Shown here: positions 38,569 to 49,284 of the stretch, piece after piece | Numbering within the stretch: position 1 is the first letter of the stretch | Layout: each line of letters starts with the position of its first letter | DNA from: Chloroflexota bacterium | GTDB lineage: Bacteria; Chloroflexota; UBA11872; VXOZ01 | DNA: 64,000 nucleotides | Assembly (NCBI GenBank): GCA_963662335.2 | Contig: CAXXVD010000001.1 | Location: 480,001 to 544,000 of the forward strand | Direction: 5' to 3' | Position numbers and translations under genes: made by a program | The notes under the pieces: generated by a model | Databases searched by the model: none | Told to the model about the DNA's origin: nothing | What the model saw: only the letters and a program-made list of their open reading frames with translations

Positions 38569-39360
38569 CTAATGAGCCGTCACGCACTGCGCCAGCACGC
38601 GCGCCATGTTCCCGTAGAGTATTTTCTCTTTGTCCGCGGCGGATAGGTTCGCCCCCAGCACTTTCGCAAGCTGCGACGGAAACGAGCGTCCCGGCATGTC
38701 GGTGCCAAAGATCACCCGTTCCGCGCCGACGTGATCCACCAGCACGTGTACGCCGCCGGCGTTGCATTCGTTGCCGGCGATGTCAAGCAGCACGTTGGGC
38801 GTGCCGCGAAAGACTTTCGCGCCGTATTCGTAGTCGCCGCCCGCGTGGGCCGCGATGATGGTGGCGTCCGGATGGCGGCGCGCCAGGTCCGCCACCATCT
38901 CCGGCGGCGATTCGCCGTAGCCCAGGCCGTCCGCCTTCAGCCACGTGTGCTGCAAGGCCGGCACGCGGTAGCGCGCGCAGATTTCCACCAATCGATCCAC
39001 CCGTGGATCATCGCAGGGCACGGCGTGCCACAGCTTGAGGCCCACAAACCCGTCATTCGCCAAGCGCCGCTCCAGTTCCGCCGCCGCAGCCTCGGCGTGG
39101 TAGGGGTTCACGTAGCAGAATCCCCGCACGCGCTCCGGGTACCGCTGCATCAGCAGTAACGTCTCGTCGTTGCAGCGCGCGCAGAACTCCGCCGTCGGGA
39201 ACGAGTACCGCGTAGCATCGCCCACCGGCCGGATCGCATACGTCACGAGCACGGCGTCGAATTGCGCCGCGATCTCGACCTGCTCGCCGAAGTCGGCCAA
39301 CGACTTTCCAACGTCCGTATGCACGTGCACGTCAATGATTGCCACCAGCGCCACTTTCAA
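38569..39360 (-). CDS. Amidohydrolase_2 family protein
   Basis: IDVHVH, GLKLW, LQH, AAHAGG and IFGTDMP. Confidence 0.85.
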   Translation of the reverse strand: MKVALVAIIDVHVHTDVGKSLADFGEQVEIAAQFDAVLVTYAIRPVGDATRYSFPTAEFCARCNDETLLLMQRYPERVRGFCYVNPYHAEAAAAELERRLANDGFVGLKLWHAVPCDDPRVDRLVEICARYRVPALQHTWLKADGLGYGESPPEMVADLARRHPDATIIAAHAGGDYEYGAKVFRGTPNVLLDIAGNECNAGGVHVLVDHVGAERVIFGTDMPGRSFPSQLAKVLGANLSAADKEKILYGNMARVLAQCVTAH

Positions 39361-39375
39361 TTCGCTATGACGGCT

Positions 39376-40452
39376 TCACGCAAAGGTCTCATCCGGCGCG
39401 GCGAAGGTCAGCACCCTCGCCGGGTTGTCGACCAGAATGCGGCGAATCGCCTCTTCCGTAAAGCCCCGGCGTCTCATGCGGGGCACGATGGCGGCCAGGA
39501 TGTAAGCGTAGCCAAAGCCGCCGTACCGGAGCAGTTGCTTCTTGGCGCAGATGTCGTGCGACACGACAATCTTGTCGCCAAACCCCTGCGCGCTCAACCA
39601 CGCAATGTCGTCCATGCGCGTGGCGTCGCTCGGCATGTCAATCGCCGGATTGAGGATGTACAGGGACTGCTCGTTGCCGAACAGGTCCCACTCCAGATAG
39701 CAGCCCGTATCGGCGAGCGCTTTGAACGCCTCCTTGTCGAACACCGTGCGCTCGACGTGGCACATGACCGTCTTGGAAAGATCGGCGCCCACGTCCCGCA
39801 GGACATTGAGAATCTCGAACGGCGCCGCCTCGTTACGCCCCGGGTGTATGTAGAGGGGAGCGCCCGTCGCCCGCTGCGCCCGGCCCGAGGCGCGCACTAC
39901 CTTCCGTTCGTTCTCCGTCAGCGGATAGTTGCAGCCCACCTCGCCAATGATACCGGCCCGGATGCCGGTGTCGTCGACGCCCACGGTCACGTCGTTGACG
40001 ATCTCCGCAAAGATGTCGTCTTCGGTGCGGTCTGACATGTCCGGCGGATGACTCTGGCTCACGTAGTACGATGCGCCCATGATGACGTGCAGTCCCGTAG
40101 CTCGCGCGATGCGCGCCAGCGACAGCGGGTCCCGCGCGATGCCGATGCTCGTCGGATCGACGACCGCGCCGCCGCCGTGCTGCTTGAAGAGTCCGATCTC
40201 CTCAATGGCCGTGTCGATGTCCAGGAGTTGCGCGTTGTCGTAGTTGACGCAGCCGTAGTGCTTCAGGTACCCGATGACTTCGAGGGACACCGGCTTGTGG
40301 TAGATGTCCCGCAGGAACGCCTCGGCAGGCGGCTGCAGGTTGTACGTCAAGTCGACCAGCAGGTGATCGTGCATCAGCGTGACGCCAAGCGCCTCGGGAG
40401 GAACGGCGCCCAGCACCGTCTGCGCCATGCCCGTGTTTTCGCCGGCCATCAT
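39376..40452 (-). CDS. Phosphotriesterase-related protein (Php/PTE-like)
   Basis: QTVLG.V, TLMHDHL, GIARD, AGIIGEVG, IHPG, MCH, SHD and LVDNPAR. Confidence 0.88.
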   Translation of the reverse strand: MMAGENTGMAQTVLGAVPPEALGVTLMHDHLLVDLTYNLQPPAEAFLRDIYHKPVSLEVIGYLKHYGCVNYDNAQLLDIDTAIEEIGLFKQHGGGAVVDPTSIGIARDPLSLARIARATGLHVIMGASYYVSQSHPPDMSDRTEDDIFAEIVNDVTVGVDDTGIRAGIIGEVGCNYPLTENERKVVRASGRAQRATGAPLYIHPGRNEAAPFEILNVLRDVGADLSKTVMCHVERTVFDKEAFKALADTGCYLEWDLFGNEQSLYILNPAIDMPSDATRMDDIAWLSAQGFGDKIVVSHDICAKKQLLRYGGFGYAYILAAIVPRMRRRGFTEEAIRRILVDNPARVLTFAAPDETFA

Positions 40453-40514
40453 CGCCTCCGCTTCTTCAGCCGCGCGCCCTCTTGCCGTGGGGACCGCTGA
40501 CAGGGGTATGCAAA

Positions 40515-40541
40515 TGTCATTCCGAGCGCAGCGAGGAATCT
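40515..40541. repeat. REP-like family F (TGTCATTCCGAGCGCAGCGAGGAATCT)
   Basis: The same sequence recurs as an inverted pair at 54797-54930. Confidence 0.8.
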
Positions 40542-40627
40542 AGAGCGCCGGTGATAGCAGGATTTCAAGTCGTCCCTCAGAGTGATAGTACAGCCGAATC
40601 CCTATTAAATCGCCTCAAGACCGGAGG

Positions 40628-41428
40628 TCAGCACATCCCGGCAAAATCAGACGGACTCCTAATCGTCTTCGTTTGAGCGAGCACCGCCGCCATGTTCTTG
40701 TAGAGTATCTTATCCTTATCTTCAGCCGGTAGGTCCGCGCCCAGCACCTTTGCCAGTTGCGAGGGAAACGAACGGCCCGGCATATCGGTGCCAAAGATTA
40801 CGCGGTCGGCGCCCACGTGATTCACCAGGATCTCCACGTAGCCCGCGTTGCACTCGTTGCCGCCGATGTCGAGCAGGACGTTTTCGCACGACCGGAACGT
40901 CTTTGCGCCGTACTCGTAGTCGCCGCCGGCATGGGCGGCAATGAGCGTCGTGCGCGGATGGCGCTTGGCCAGCGCGGCGACCATCGCCGGCGGCGATTCG
41001 CCCGTCTTCTGCCGGGTTGCCTTCTGCCACGTGTGCTGGAGCGCGGGCACGCGGTAATGGGCGCAGATTTCCATCAGGGCGTCCAGGCGCGGATCGATGC
41101 ACGGCACGGCCACCCACAACTTGAGACCCACGAAGTGTTGCTTCCCCAGCCGGTAGTCCAGTTCGGCGCGCGCCGCTTGCGCGTGGCCGGGATTCACGTA
41201 GGCAAATCCGTGCACACGCTCCGGGTGGCGCTGCATCAGCGCGTAGGTCTGATCGTTGCACGCCCGGATATTCTCCGGCGACGGATACTCATGATTGTTG
41301 GCCGCCGCCACCGGCCGCACTGAATACGTGACGAGATGCGCGTCGAATTGCTCGGCAATCGCCATGAGTTCGGCAAAGTCCGCCAAGCGGCGTGAAACGT
41401 GCGGGTGCACGTGGACGTCGATGATCAC
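40628..41428 (-). CDS. Amidohydrolase_2 family protein, paralog of 38569..39360
   Basis: IIDVHVH and shared blocks AAHAGGDYEYGAK and IFGTDMPGRSFPSQLAKVLGA. Start set at GTG 41428; the ORF-track extension overlaps the next gene. Confidence 0.83.
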   Translation of the reverse strand: MIIDVHVHPHVSRRLADFAELMAIAEQFDAHLVTYSVRPVAAANNHEYPSPENIRACNDQTYALMQRHPERVHGFAYVNPGHAQAARAELDYRLGKQHFVGLKLWVAVPCIDPRLDALMEICAHYRVPALQHTWQKATRQKTGESPPAMVAALAKRHPRTTLIAAHAGGDYEYGAKTFRSCENVLLDIGGNECNAGYVEILVNHVGADRVIFGTDMPGRSFPSQLAKVLGADLPAEDKDKILYKNMAAVLAQTKTIRSPSDFAGMC

Positions 41429-41619
41429 CGTGACGGCGCTCTCATGGCGCAATGCCGGCCGCCGGGGATACGCCGGACGGCCTGTGGGCGTCCGGCTACA
41501 GCGCGAGTATGGTTCTGGCCTGGCACGGGCGCCCTCTCCCAACTGAGCCGGTTCCAGGGCTTGCTGCATTGGGTGCGTAGGGCGAAGCGGCCGCGGCCGC
41601 TTCGCCCTACCGGTACGGA

Positions 41620-43047
41620 CTACCAGCCGCCCACAAGCTCCTGCCACTTGGCGATGATGTTGTTCCACTCCTGCTCGACGTTGGCGAGTCCTTCTTGGAT
41701 GGTGATGTTGCCGGCCATCGCATCGGGCAAGAACCGCGACAACGCCGTGCGCATCTCGTCCGCGCCGGGGATTGGCAGCGAGTGCGACGCGCGGAACGGA
41801 ATCTGGTAACTCTGATGTTCGAGGAACGGGTCTCCTTCGGTGAACTCTGCCGAGTTTGCGACCGAAAGGCGGATAGGCACCCGGTCCCACGCCTTGGCCC
41901 AGCGGATGTTGTTTTCGGGCCGCGACACGAACTCAATCCAGGCAAAGGCCTCCTCGGGCACGGTGGTCCACGACGACATGATCCAAATGTGGTGGCCGCT
42001 CCAACTGGCCTGGCGCACGGCGTTCGGCGGTTTCGGGTGCTCGATGATGCTGAATTGGAACTCAGGATCGATGGGATGGATTTCCGCCTTGCGCGTGGAA
42101 TACGTGGCATACATCGTACCCGTGAAGCCGTTGACAAGCGCGGCGCCGCGCGGCGAACCGGAAGGCCGCGCGGTCTGGTAGAGCGTAGCCAACGCGTCCC
42201 AGCCGCCCTGGAGGTCGTTTACCTTCTTGACCCACGTGAGCGCTTCGATCCCTTCCGGGCTGTTCAGCGCCGCTTTGGTCAAGTCGTCGCTAATCCGCTG
42301 GCCGCCAAGCTGCAGGAACGGCGTAATCCACTGGTATCTCCCGCCGCTGCCCCACTCGGGCGGGAAACCGGCCACGATCAAATTGCCGGCCGCATCCTTG
42401 CGCATGGTCTTCTGGACAACTGATTCCAGGTCGTCCCAGGTTGCGGGGCCGTTATCCGGGTCCAGGCCGTTCTCCAGGAAGATGCCGTCGTGCATGTAGA
42501 GCACACGGAGGTCGGGGCCGTACGGGAAGCCATAGAGCTGACCGTCCTTGCTCCAGATCATGTTTTCGGTCAGGCTCGTCCAAATGTCCTCCATATCGAC
42601 GTTGGAGCCTTTTACGACGTCGTTGAGGCCCCGCGCCTGACCGAGCGCGCCAAGCTCGATGGCGTGCCATTCACCCCAGGAACTGATGTCGTGCGGCGTG
42701 TTGGCGGCAAACGCCGTGCGAAACGCGGCGTACCGTTCGCCCGAATTCGTCGACGGCGGATTTACGTCAAAGTCGATGTCCGGATGCTCTTCGCGGAATT
42801 CGGCGACAAGCTCGGCGGATACGCCCTCTTCTTCCTGGAATTTGAAGTAGGGGTGCGTGGCAAACAGGACGTACGCGGCTTCTTTTTCAGGTGCCGGGGC
42901 TTCCGCTTGCGGCGCTTCCGCTTGCTCTTCCTCGGCCATGGTAGCCGCGGGCGCCGCGCCGCAGGCCGCGAGCGCCAGCCCTGCCAGCGCGCCGCCTGAA
43001 CCGGCCAAGACATGGCGGCGTGAAAGCCGCTTTGCGTGCAGATTCAT
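41620..43047 (-). CDS. Extracellular solute-binding protein (carbohydrate-type), Tat lipoprotein, no adjacent permease
   Basis: SRRHVL twin-arginine signal, LAAC lipobox, Ala/Glu/Pro linker, GQLYGFP, PATWDDL and EAFAWIEF. Confidence 0.85.
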   Translation of the reverse strand: MNLHAKRLSRRHVLAGSGGALAGLALAACGAAPAATMAEEEQAEAPQAEAPAPEKEAAYVLFATHPYFKFQEEEGVSAELVAEFREEHPDIDFDVNPPSTNSGERYAAFRTAFAANTPHDISSWGEWHAIELGALGQARGLNDVVKGSNVDMEDIWTSLTENMIWSKDGQLYGFPYGPDLRVLYMHDGIFLENGLDPDNGPATWDDLESVVQKTMRKDAAGNLIVAGFPPEWGSGGRYQWITPFLQLGGQRISDDLTKAALNSPEGIEALTWVKKVNDLQGGWDALATLYQTARPSGSPRGAALVNGFTGTMYATYSTRKAEIHPIDPEFQFSIIEHPKPPNAVRQASWSGHHIWIMSSWTTVPEEAFAWIEFVSRPENNIRWAKAWDRVPIRLSVANSAEFTEGDPFLEHQSYQIPFRASHSLPIPGADEMRTALSRFLPDAMAGNITIQEGLANVEQEWNNIIAKWQELVGGW

Positions 43048-43346
43048 CTGATCGCCTTTCTCGCATGTTAGAAACCGCGCCACAATTTGGCCAAGCGAGC
43101 GTGGCCGCGCCGCCGGTCTCCCTATCCGTGCCACTGTGAATGCCGGTGAAACCTACTGCCTTTCCGCGCCTCCTTTCCTCTCCGCCGCAAGAGACCGTCT
43201 CCACCGGACCGGCGCGCTCGCTGGCGCTAGGTCATTGGCATAGACGATAATCAGGCTTTCTTGGCCGCCGCGCGCGGAAAGAAGCAAAAGCGCCACACCG
43301 AGTCACGGCAGACTTCATAGGCCCGACTCCGTCTTCAGAACTACGG

Positions 43347-44123
<777 letters not shown>

Positions 44124-44198
44124 GTTTACCTCCCTGAATCTCCGCGTCCTGTCGCTATTGAGCCAGCCGCGCGCACGCGGCGAGGCGCTAATCCGCGC

Positions 44199-45437
44199 CT
44201 ACTGCCGGCCGACGCCGAGACGCCGTTCCACCCGGCGGCTGGCGAATGACATTGTATACGTAAAGAGCCAAAAGACCACTGCCACGAAGATGAAGAGTTC
44301 CCGTCCGTTGTCAGTGAACTGCACGTTGCCCTGCACGATGGAGCGCCCCATCTCCAGGATGTCCAACATGCCGACGACATAGACCAAGCTGGTGTCCTTG
44401 AAGAGCGCGATGAACTGGCCCACAATCGCGGGAATGACGTTGCGAATGGCTTGCGGCAGCAGGATGAGCGAGGTCACGCGCCAGCCCGGCAGGCCGAGCG
44501 CGCGCGCCGCCTCGGCCTGGCCCGGGTGTAATCCCTGCAAGCCGCCGCGAATGTTCTCAGCCGTGTAGGCCGCCGAGAAGAGCGTAATCGTAATGGCCGC
44601 CCGCGTCACCGAGTCCACCGGAAAGTTCTCCGGCAAGACCAGCGGCACCAGCACCTGCGACATGAAGAGCAGCGTAATCAGCGGCACGCCGCGAAAGACC
44701 TCTATGAAGACCACGCAGAGCACCTTGACCACCGGCAGGGCGCTCCGCCGCCCCAACGCCAGCAACACGCCGATCGGAAAGGCGAAGAAGATGCCGGAAA
44801 CCGCCAGGATCAGGTTGAGCATCAGGCCGCCCCATTGCCGCGGCGGCACTTCTTCCATGCCGGGCACGCCCGGCAGCCCGTTCAGCAGCACGAGCAAGGC
44901 CGCGTAGACGAGAATGCTGCCCAGAATGAAGTTGCGCGGCGTGGCGATCTTTGGGAGCGACCCCAGGCCGAAGCCAAGCGCCAGGGTCAGGAGGTTGGCC
45001 AGAATGCAGGCGCGCACCCACCCGGGCATCACCACGCCCTCGTGGAACATGCCGTAGGGCAGCACGCCAATCACGACGTCGACGACGGCGAAGCCAACCA
45101 TGATGCGCAGGGCGGAGCCGTGCCACATGGCGGCCGCCATGCCAAAGGGAATCGAGACCAGCAGCCAGCCTACCAGCGGCCGCCAGGCGTACTCGGTGGG
45201 GTAGAGGCCAATGAGGTACTGTTGCGGCCGGCTGGTGATGAGCGTCCAATCGGCGTCGCCGACAACCCAGCGCAGTAGGCTCCACACCACCCACAGGATC
45301 AAGGGGACGGTGACGATTGTCACGATCCCGCTGAGCCAATTGCCAAAGAGGTTGGCGCGCGCCCAGCCAATCCAGCCGGTCTCAGTGCGCGGCGGGGGCA
45401 GCGCCGGTGTCGGTTCCCATACTTCCGCGGTGGCCAT
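44199..45437 (-). CDS. aapM: Amino-acid ABC transporter permease (AapM/BztC-like)
   Basis: WARANLF, WGGLMLN, LALGRRS, FRGVPLITLLF, AENIRGGLQ and FKDTSLV. Confidence 0.85.
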   Translation of the reverse strand: MATAEVWEPTPALPPPRTETGWIGWARANLFGNWLSGIVTIVTVPLILWVVWSLLRWVVGDADWTLITSRPQQYLIGLYPTEYAWRPLVGWLLVSIPFGMAAAMWHGSALRIMVGFAVVDVVIGVLPYGMFHEGVVMPGWVRACILANLLTLALGFGLGSLPKIATPRNFILGSILVYAALLVLLNGLPGVPGMEEVPPRQWGGLMLNLILAVSGIFFAFPIGVLLALGRRSALPVVKVLCVVFIEVFRGVPLITLLFMSQVLVPLVLPENFPVDSVTRAAITITLFSAAYTAENIRGGLQGLHPGQAEAARALGLPGWRVTSLILLPQAIRNVIPAIVGQFIALFKDTSLVYVVGMLDILEMGRSIVQGNVQFTDNGRELFIFVAVVFWLFTYTMSFASRRVERRLGVGRQ

Positions 45438-45444
45438 AGGCCGA

Positions 45445-46635
45445 CTAGCCTCCGGTGAACTGGATGTGGCGGTTATAGAGATTGCCGATGAGCGAATACG
45501 CGAGACTGAACAGCAAGTAGACGCCCATGATGATGAGGAAGATAGAAACGGCCGGGGCGGTTTGCGTCATGGTCTTGGCCACGCTGGTCAGGTCCGCGTA
45601 GCCGATGGCCAGCGCCAGGCTGCTGTTCTTCGTGAGGTTGAGGGACTGGCTGATGAGCGGCGGCACGATCACGCGCAGCGCCTGCGGAAAGGTGACGAAG
45701 CGCAGCGTCTGCATGGTGCCCAAGCCCAAGGAGCGGGACGCCTCGGTCTGCCCCCGCGTGACGGATTGCAAGCCGCCGCGCACGATTTCCGCTATGAAGG
45801 CCGCCGTATAGATGATGAGAGCCACCAGCAGAGCCGTAAGTTCGATGGAAATCGTATACCCGCCGGCCGGATGGCCGAAGCGGCCCGCCGGTTCGGGCAC
45901 GCTCATCGCGAACGGCGCGTCGCCGATGGCAATCCACACCAGCCACGCGACGATTGCGCCCGCCGCTACCACGCCAGTTGCCCCCAGCCAGGGATACGAC
46001 GGCCGGCCGGTGCGCTCCTCGCGCCGCTCCAGGTAGAGCCGCGTCACGTGCGCCAGCGCAATCGCCAGCACGACGCACAGCAGCCACAGCCACGGCCGCT
46101 GCTGGCCTTCCGGCCAGGGAAACGATAGCCCGGCGTTGTTGTTGAGGTAGATGGCGCTAAACCAACTGAGGCCTTCGCGCGCCGGCGGCAATCCCAGGAG
46201 CAGGAAGTACCAGAAGACGAGTTGCACCAGCAGCGGCACGTTGCGGAAGATCTCGACGTAGACGGCGGCGACTTTGCTTATCACCCAGTTGCCGGAAAGC
46301 TGCACCGCGCCCACGACGATACCCAGCAGCGTGGCGAACACGACGCCGATTACTGAGACCATCAGCGTATTGGTGGCAGCCACCAGAAAGGCGTAGGCGA
46401 AGGTGTCGCTCTCTTCATAGGGCAGCAGGTGTTCGCTGATGGGGGTGGAGTACTCCCGGTTCAGGAACGACCAGCCGAAGGGGATGTCGCGTTGGTCTAT
46501 GGCGGTCGCGATGTTGGAGATGAAGAACGCCACCGCCGCCACCACCAGGATGCCGGAGACGATCTGCATGGTCCAGCTAAGCACGCGGGTGTGCCGCCAG
46601 ATGGGGATGCCCTGGTACGTCAGCGAGAGCCGCAT
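45445..46635 (-). CDS. aapQ: Amino-acid ABC transporter permease (AapQ/BztB-like)
   Basis: FRNVPLLVQL, AFIAEIVRGG and NLTKNSSLA; GAGGAG RBS before ATG 46635. Confidence 0.85.
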   Translation of the reverse strand: MRLSLTYQGIPIWRHTRVLSWTMQIVSGILVVAAVAFFISNIATAIDQRDIPFGWSFLNREYSTPISEHLLPYEESDTFAYAFLVAATNTLMVSVIGVVFATLLGIVVGAVQLSGNWVISKVAAVYVEIFRNVPLLVQLVFWYFLLLGLPPAREGLSWFSAIYLNNNAGLSFPWPEGQQRPWLWLLCVVLAIALAHVTRLYLERREERTGRPSYPWLGATGVVAAGAIVAWLVWIAIGDAPFAMSVPEPAGRFGHPAGGYTISIELTALLVALIIYTAAFIAEIVRGGLQSVTRGQTEASRSLGLGTMQTLRFVTFPQALRVIVPPLISQSLNLTKNSSLALAIGYADLTSVAKTMTQTAPAVSIFLIIMGVYLLFSLAYSLIGNLYNRHIQFTGG

Positions 46636-46775
46636 GTTCTGTGTCTCCTCAGGCGGCGGCAGACTTCTGCCGGTAGCGCGCGTGCCTTTTCGGGAATTGG
46701 CTGGCGCCGCAACCGTTGCCCCCATCCTAACCGCTGACCCAGTCAGTGGCAACTGGCAAGCGAGCGCCGGGGCCG

Positions 46776-47915
46776 TTAGCGCAGCGGCGCGGCGTAGATC
46801 TGCCCGCCCTTGGGGCAATCCGTGCAGGGCGCGTTGGACCACAAGGCGTTGCGCGAGCCTTCCCGCGGCAGATTGATATCGGTTTCCGGCCCCAGGTTGC
46901 GCGCGTAGATTTCGCCGTAGTTGCCCAGCGCCTTGATGACGGTCTGGCCCACTATCTGGTCCAGGCCCAGTTCCTCTTGGCCGAAAGAGCCTTCCGTTCC
47001 CAGCAACCGCTTCGCCTTGACGTTATCCCCGGCGGCGACTTCGTCCACGTTGGTCGAGTTGATGCCGTAGGCCTCGGCGTAGATCAAAATGCCCATCACG
47101 GTCTTTACGATGTCGAACCACTGCTCGTCACCGTGGGGCACCAACGGCCCCAGCGGTTCTTCGGAGATCGTCTCCGGCAGGATAATGTGGTCGTCGGGAT
47201 TCTCGAGCGTGCTGCGCAGCGCGGTCAATGCCGAGCGGTCGCTGGTGAACACCTCGCAGCCGCCGCTCTTGTACGCCTCGAACGCCACCTGCGCCTCTTC
47301 GAAGATCTTGGGGCTGTACTCCATTGCGTTCTGGCGGAAGAAGTCGGCCATGTTCAACTCGGTGGTAGTGCCGGTATTCACGCACACCGCCGCGCCGCTC
47401 AACTCGTAGGCGCTGCTCACGCCAAGACTCTTGGGCACCATGAAGCCCTGGCCGTCGTAGAACATAGTCTGCGCGAAATTGCCCCAGGCGGCGTCGCGTG
47501 AGGTTGTCCAGGTAGTCACGTAGACCAGCAAGTCCACCTCGCCGGACTGCATGGTGGGGCCGCGCTCGGCGGCCGTAATCACGCGAATCTCGACGGCGTT
47601 GGGGTCGCCCAACACGGCGGCGGCCACCGCGCGGCAGAGGTCGATGTCGAAACCGACGTTATTGCCGTCCGCGTCCAAGAAGCCGAAGCCCGGCGTGTCG
47701 GTCAGGCTGGCGCAGACCAGGCGGCCGCGGGCGCGCACCGCCGCCAGGCGCGAGGTTCGCTCCGGCGCGGCGGCCGCGCTCTCGGTCGCTGGCTGTGGGG
47801 CGGCGTCATCCGCCGCCGGCTCGGCAGCGTCGGCGCAGGCTACGCTCAGCGCCAGCAGCAGCGCCAAACCCAGACCGGCCGCGTACTTACTCGCTTGTCC
47901 CGCTATTGCGCGCAT
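46776..47915 (-). CDS. aapJ: Amino-acid ABC transporter substrate-binding lipoprotein (AapJ/BztA-like), copy 2
   Basis: LSVAC lipobox, GFDIDLCRAVAAA, TWTTSRD, FYDGQGF, GTTTE, ISEEPLGP and GNYGEIY. Confidence 0.85.
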   Translation of the reverse strand: MRAIAGQASKYAAGLGLALLLALSVACADAAEPAADDAAPQPATESAAAAPERTSRLAAVRARGRLVCASLTDTPGFGFLDADGNNVGFDIDLCRAVAAAVLGDPNAVEIRVITAAERGPTMQSGEVDLLVYVTTWTTSRDAAWGNFAQTMFYDGQGFMVPKSLGVSSAYELSGAAVCVNTGTTTELNMADFFRQNAMEYSPKIFEEAQVAFEAYKSGGCEVFTSDRSALTALRSTLENPDDHIILPETISEEPLGPLVPHGDEQWFDIVKTVMGILIYAEAYGINSTNVDEVAAGDNVKAKRLLGTEGSFGQEELGLDQIVGQTVIKALGNYGEIYARNLGPETDINLPREGSRNALWSNAPCTDCPKGGQIYAAPLR

Positions 47916-48097
47916 GACTCTAAGACCTCTCCCTTGGGAACCTCTGCAAACGTCCGTCACTCCAGCGCAAGCCGTGAAATCGGAGCCGTCATTGAAGCTA
48001 CGTTGTCCCTTTTGTCAGCAGCCTCAACCCCCATCCCAGCCTTCCCCCTCAAGGGGAAGGGGCAAAGACATGAGTCTCCTTATGGGTGGCAAATAGC

Positions 48098-48137
48098 AAA
48101 AGCCGCGCCGGCCCGGAGCGAGTCCAGGCCGACGCGA
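48098..48137 (-). terminator. Putative Rho-independent terminator after aapJ copy 1
   Basis: On the minus strand a 15-bp GC-rich stem with G-U pairs is followed by CTTTTGCTATTT. Confidence 0.6.
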
Positions 48138-48159
48138 CGATGTTCAGCGACGGTGTGCG

Positions 48160-49284
48160 CTAGCGCAGCGGCGCGGCATAGATCTGGCCGCCCTTCGGGC
48201 AGTCAGTGCACGGCGCGTTCGACCACAAGGCATTGCGCGAACCGGCGCGCGGCAGTTGGACGCCGTCGGGGTTGTCCAGGTTGCGCGCATAGATCTCACC
48301 GTAGTTGCCCACCGCCTTGATGACGGTCTGGCCCACGAGTTGATCCAGGCCCAGTTCCTCCTGGCCGAAGGAACCCTCGGTGCCCAGCAGGCGCTTCGCC
48401 TTCACGTTCTCGCCGCCGGCCACCGCGTCGACGTTGGTCGAGTCGATGCCGTAGGCCTCGGCGTAGATGAGGATGCTCATCACGGTCTTGACGATGTCGA
48501 ACCACTGCTCGTCACCGTGCGGCACCACCGGTCCCAGCGGCTCCTCGGAAATCGTCTCCGGCAGGATCACGTGGTCGTCCGGATTGGGCAGCGCCGTGCG
48601 CAATGCGGCAAGCTGCGAGCGGTCGTTCGTGAAGACCTCGCAGGCGCCGCTCTTGTAGGACTCCAGCACCACGTCGGTGTCTTCGTAGACCTTCGGGTTG
48701 TACTCCAGGCCGTTCTGGCGGAAGAAGTCGGCCATGTTCAGCTCGGTGGTGGTGCCGCTGGTCACGCAGACTGCGGCGCCGCCCAACTCGAACGCGCTAT
48801 TCACGCCCAGGCTCTTGGGAACCATGAAGCCCTGGCCGTCGTAGAACATGGTCTGGGCGTAGTTGCCCCAGGCGGCGTCACGGGACGTCGTCCACGTCAC
48901 CGTGCGCACCAGCAGGTCCACTTCACCCGATTGGACGGTGGGGCCGCGTTCGGCAGCCGTAATCAGGCGAATTTCGATGGCGTCCGGATCGCCCAGGACG
49001 GCCGCGGCCACGGCGCGGCAGAGGTCGATGTCGAAGCCGACGTTATTGCCGTCCGCGTCGACGAAGCCATAGCCGGGCACGTCGTTGCGGCTGGCGCAGA
49101 TAAGATGCCCGCGCTCGCGCACGGTATCCAGCCGCGAAGCCGCGGCCGGCGCTTCCATGGTTTCAGCAGCCTTGGCCTCTTCTTGCGGCTCTGCCGTTTC
49201 AGCCTCTTCCGTCGCGCACGCTACGCTGAACAGCAGCGCGAGCATGACGCCGAGGCCAATCAGATACTTAAACATCCTTCGCAT
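48160..49284 (-). CDS. aapJ: Amino-acid ABC transporter substrate-binding lipoprotein (AapJ/BztA-like), copy 1
   Basis: Same motifs as copy 2; GGGAGG RBS; TATAAT -10 on the minus strand at 49333-49338. Confidence 0.88.
   Translation of the reverse strand: MRRMFKYLIGLGVMLALLFSVACATEEAETAEPQEEAKAAETMEAPAAASRLDTVRERGHLICASRNDVPGYGFVDADGNNVGFDIDLCRAVAAAVLGDPDAIEIRLITAAERGPTVQSGEVDLLVRTVTWTTSRDAAWGNYAQTMFYDGQGFMVPKSLGVNSAFELGGAAVCVTSGTTTELNMADFFRQNGLEYNPKVYEDTDVVLESYKSGACEVFTNDRSQLAALRTALPNPDDHVILPETISEEPLGPVVPHGDEQWFDIVKTVMSILIYAEAYGIDSTNVDAVAGGENVKAKRLLGTEGSFGQEELGLDQLVGQTVIKAVGNYGEIYARNLDNPDGVQLPRAGSRNALWSNAPCTDCPKGGQIYAAPLR

Noticed and set aside
43128-43150. Cobalamin riboswitch suggested by GCCACTG
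   Set aside because: It is on the strand opposite the downstream gene and the other B12-element motifs are missing.
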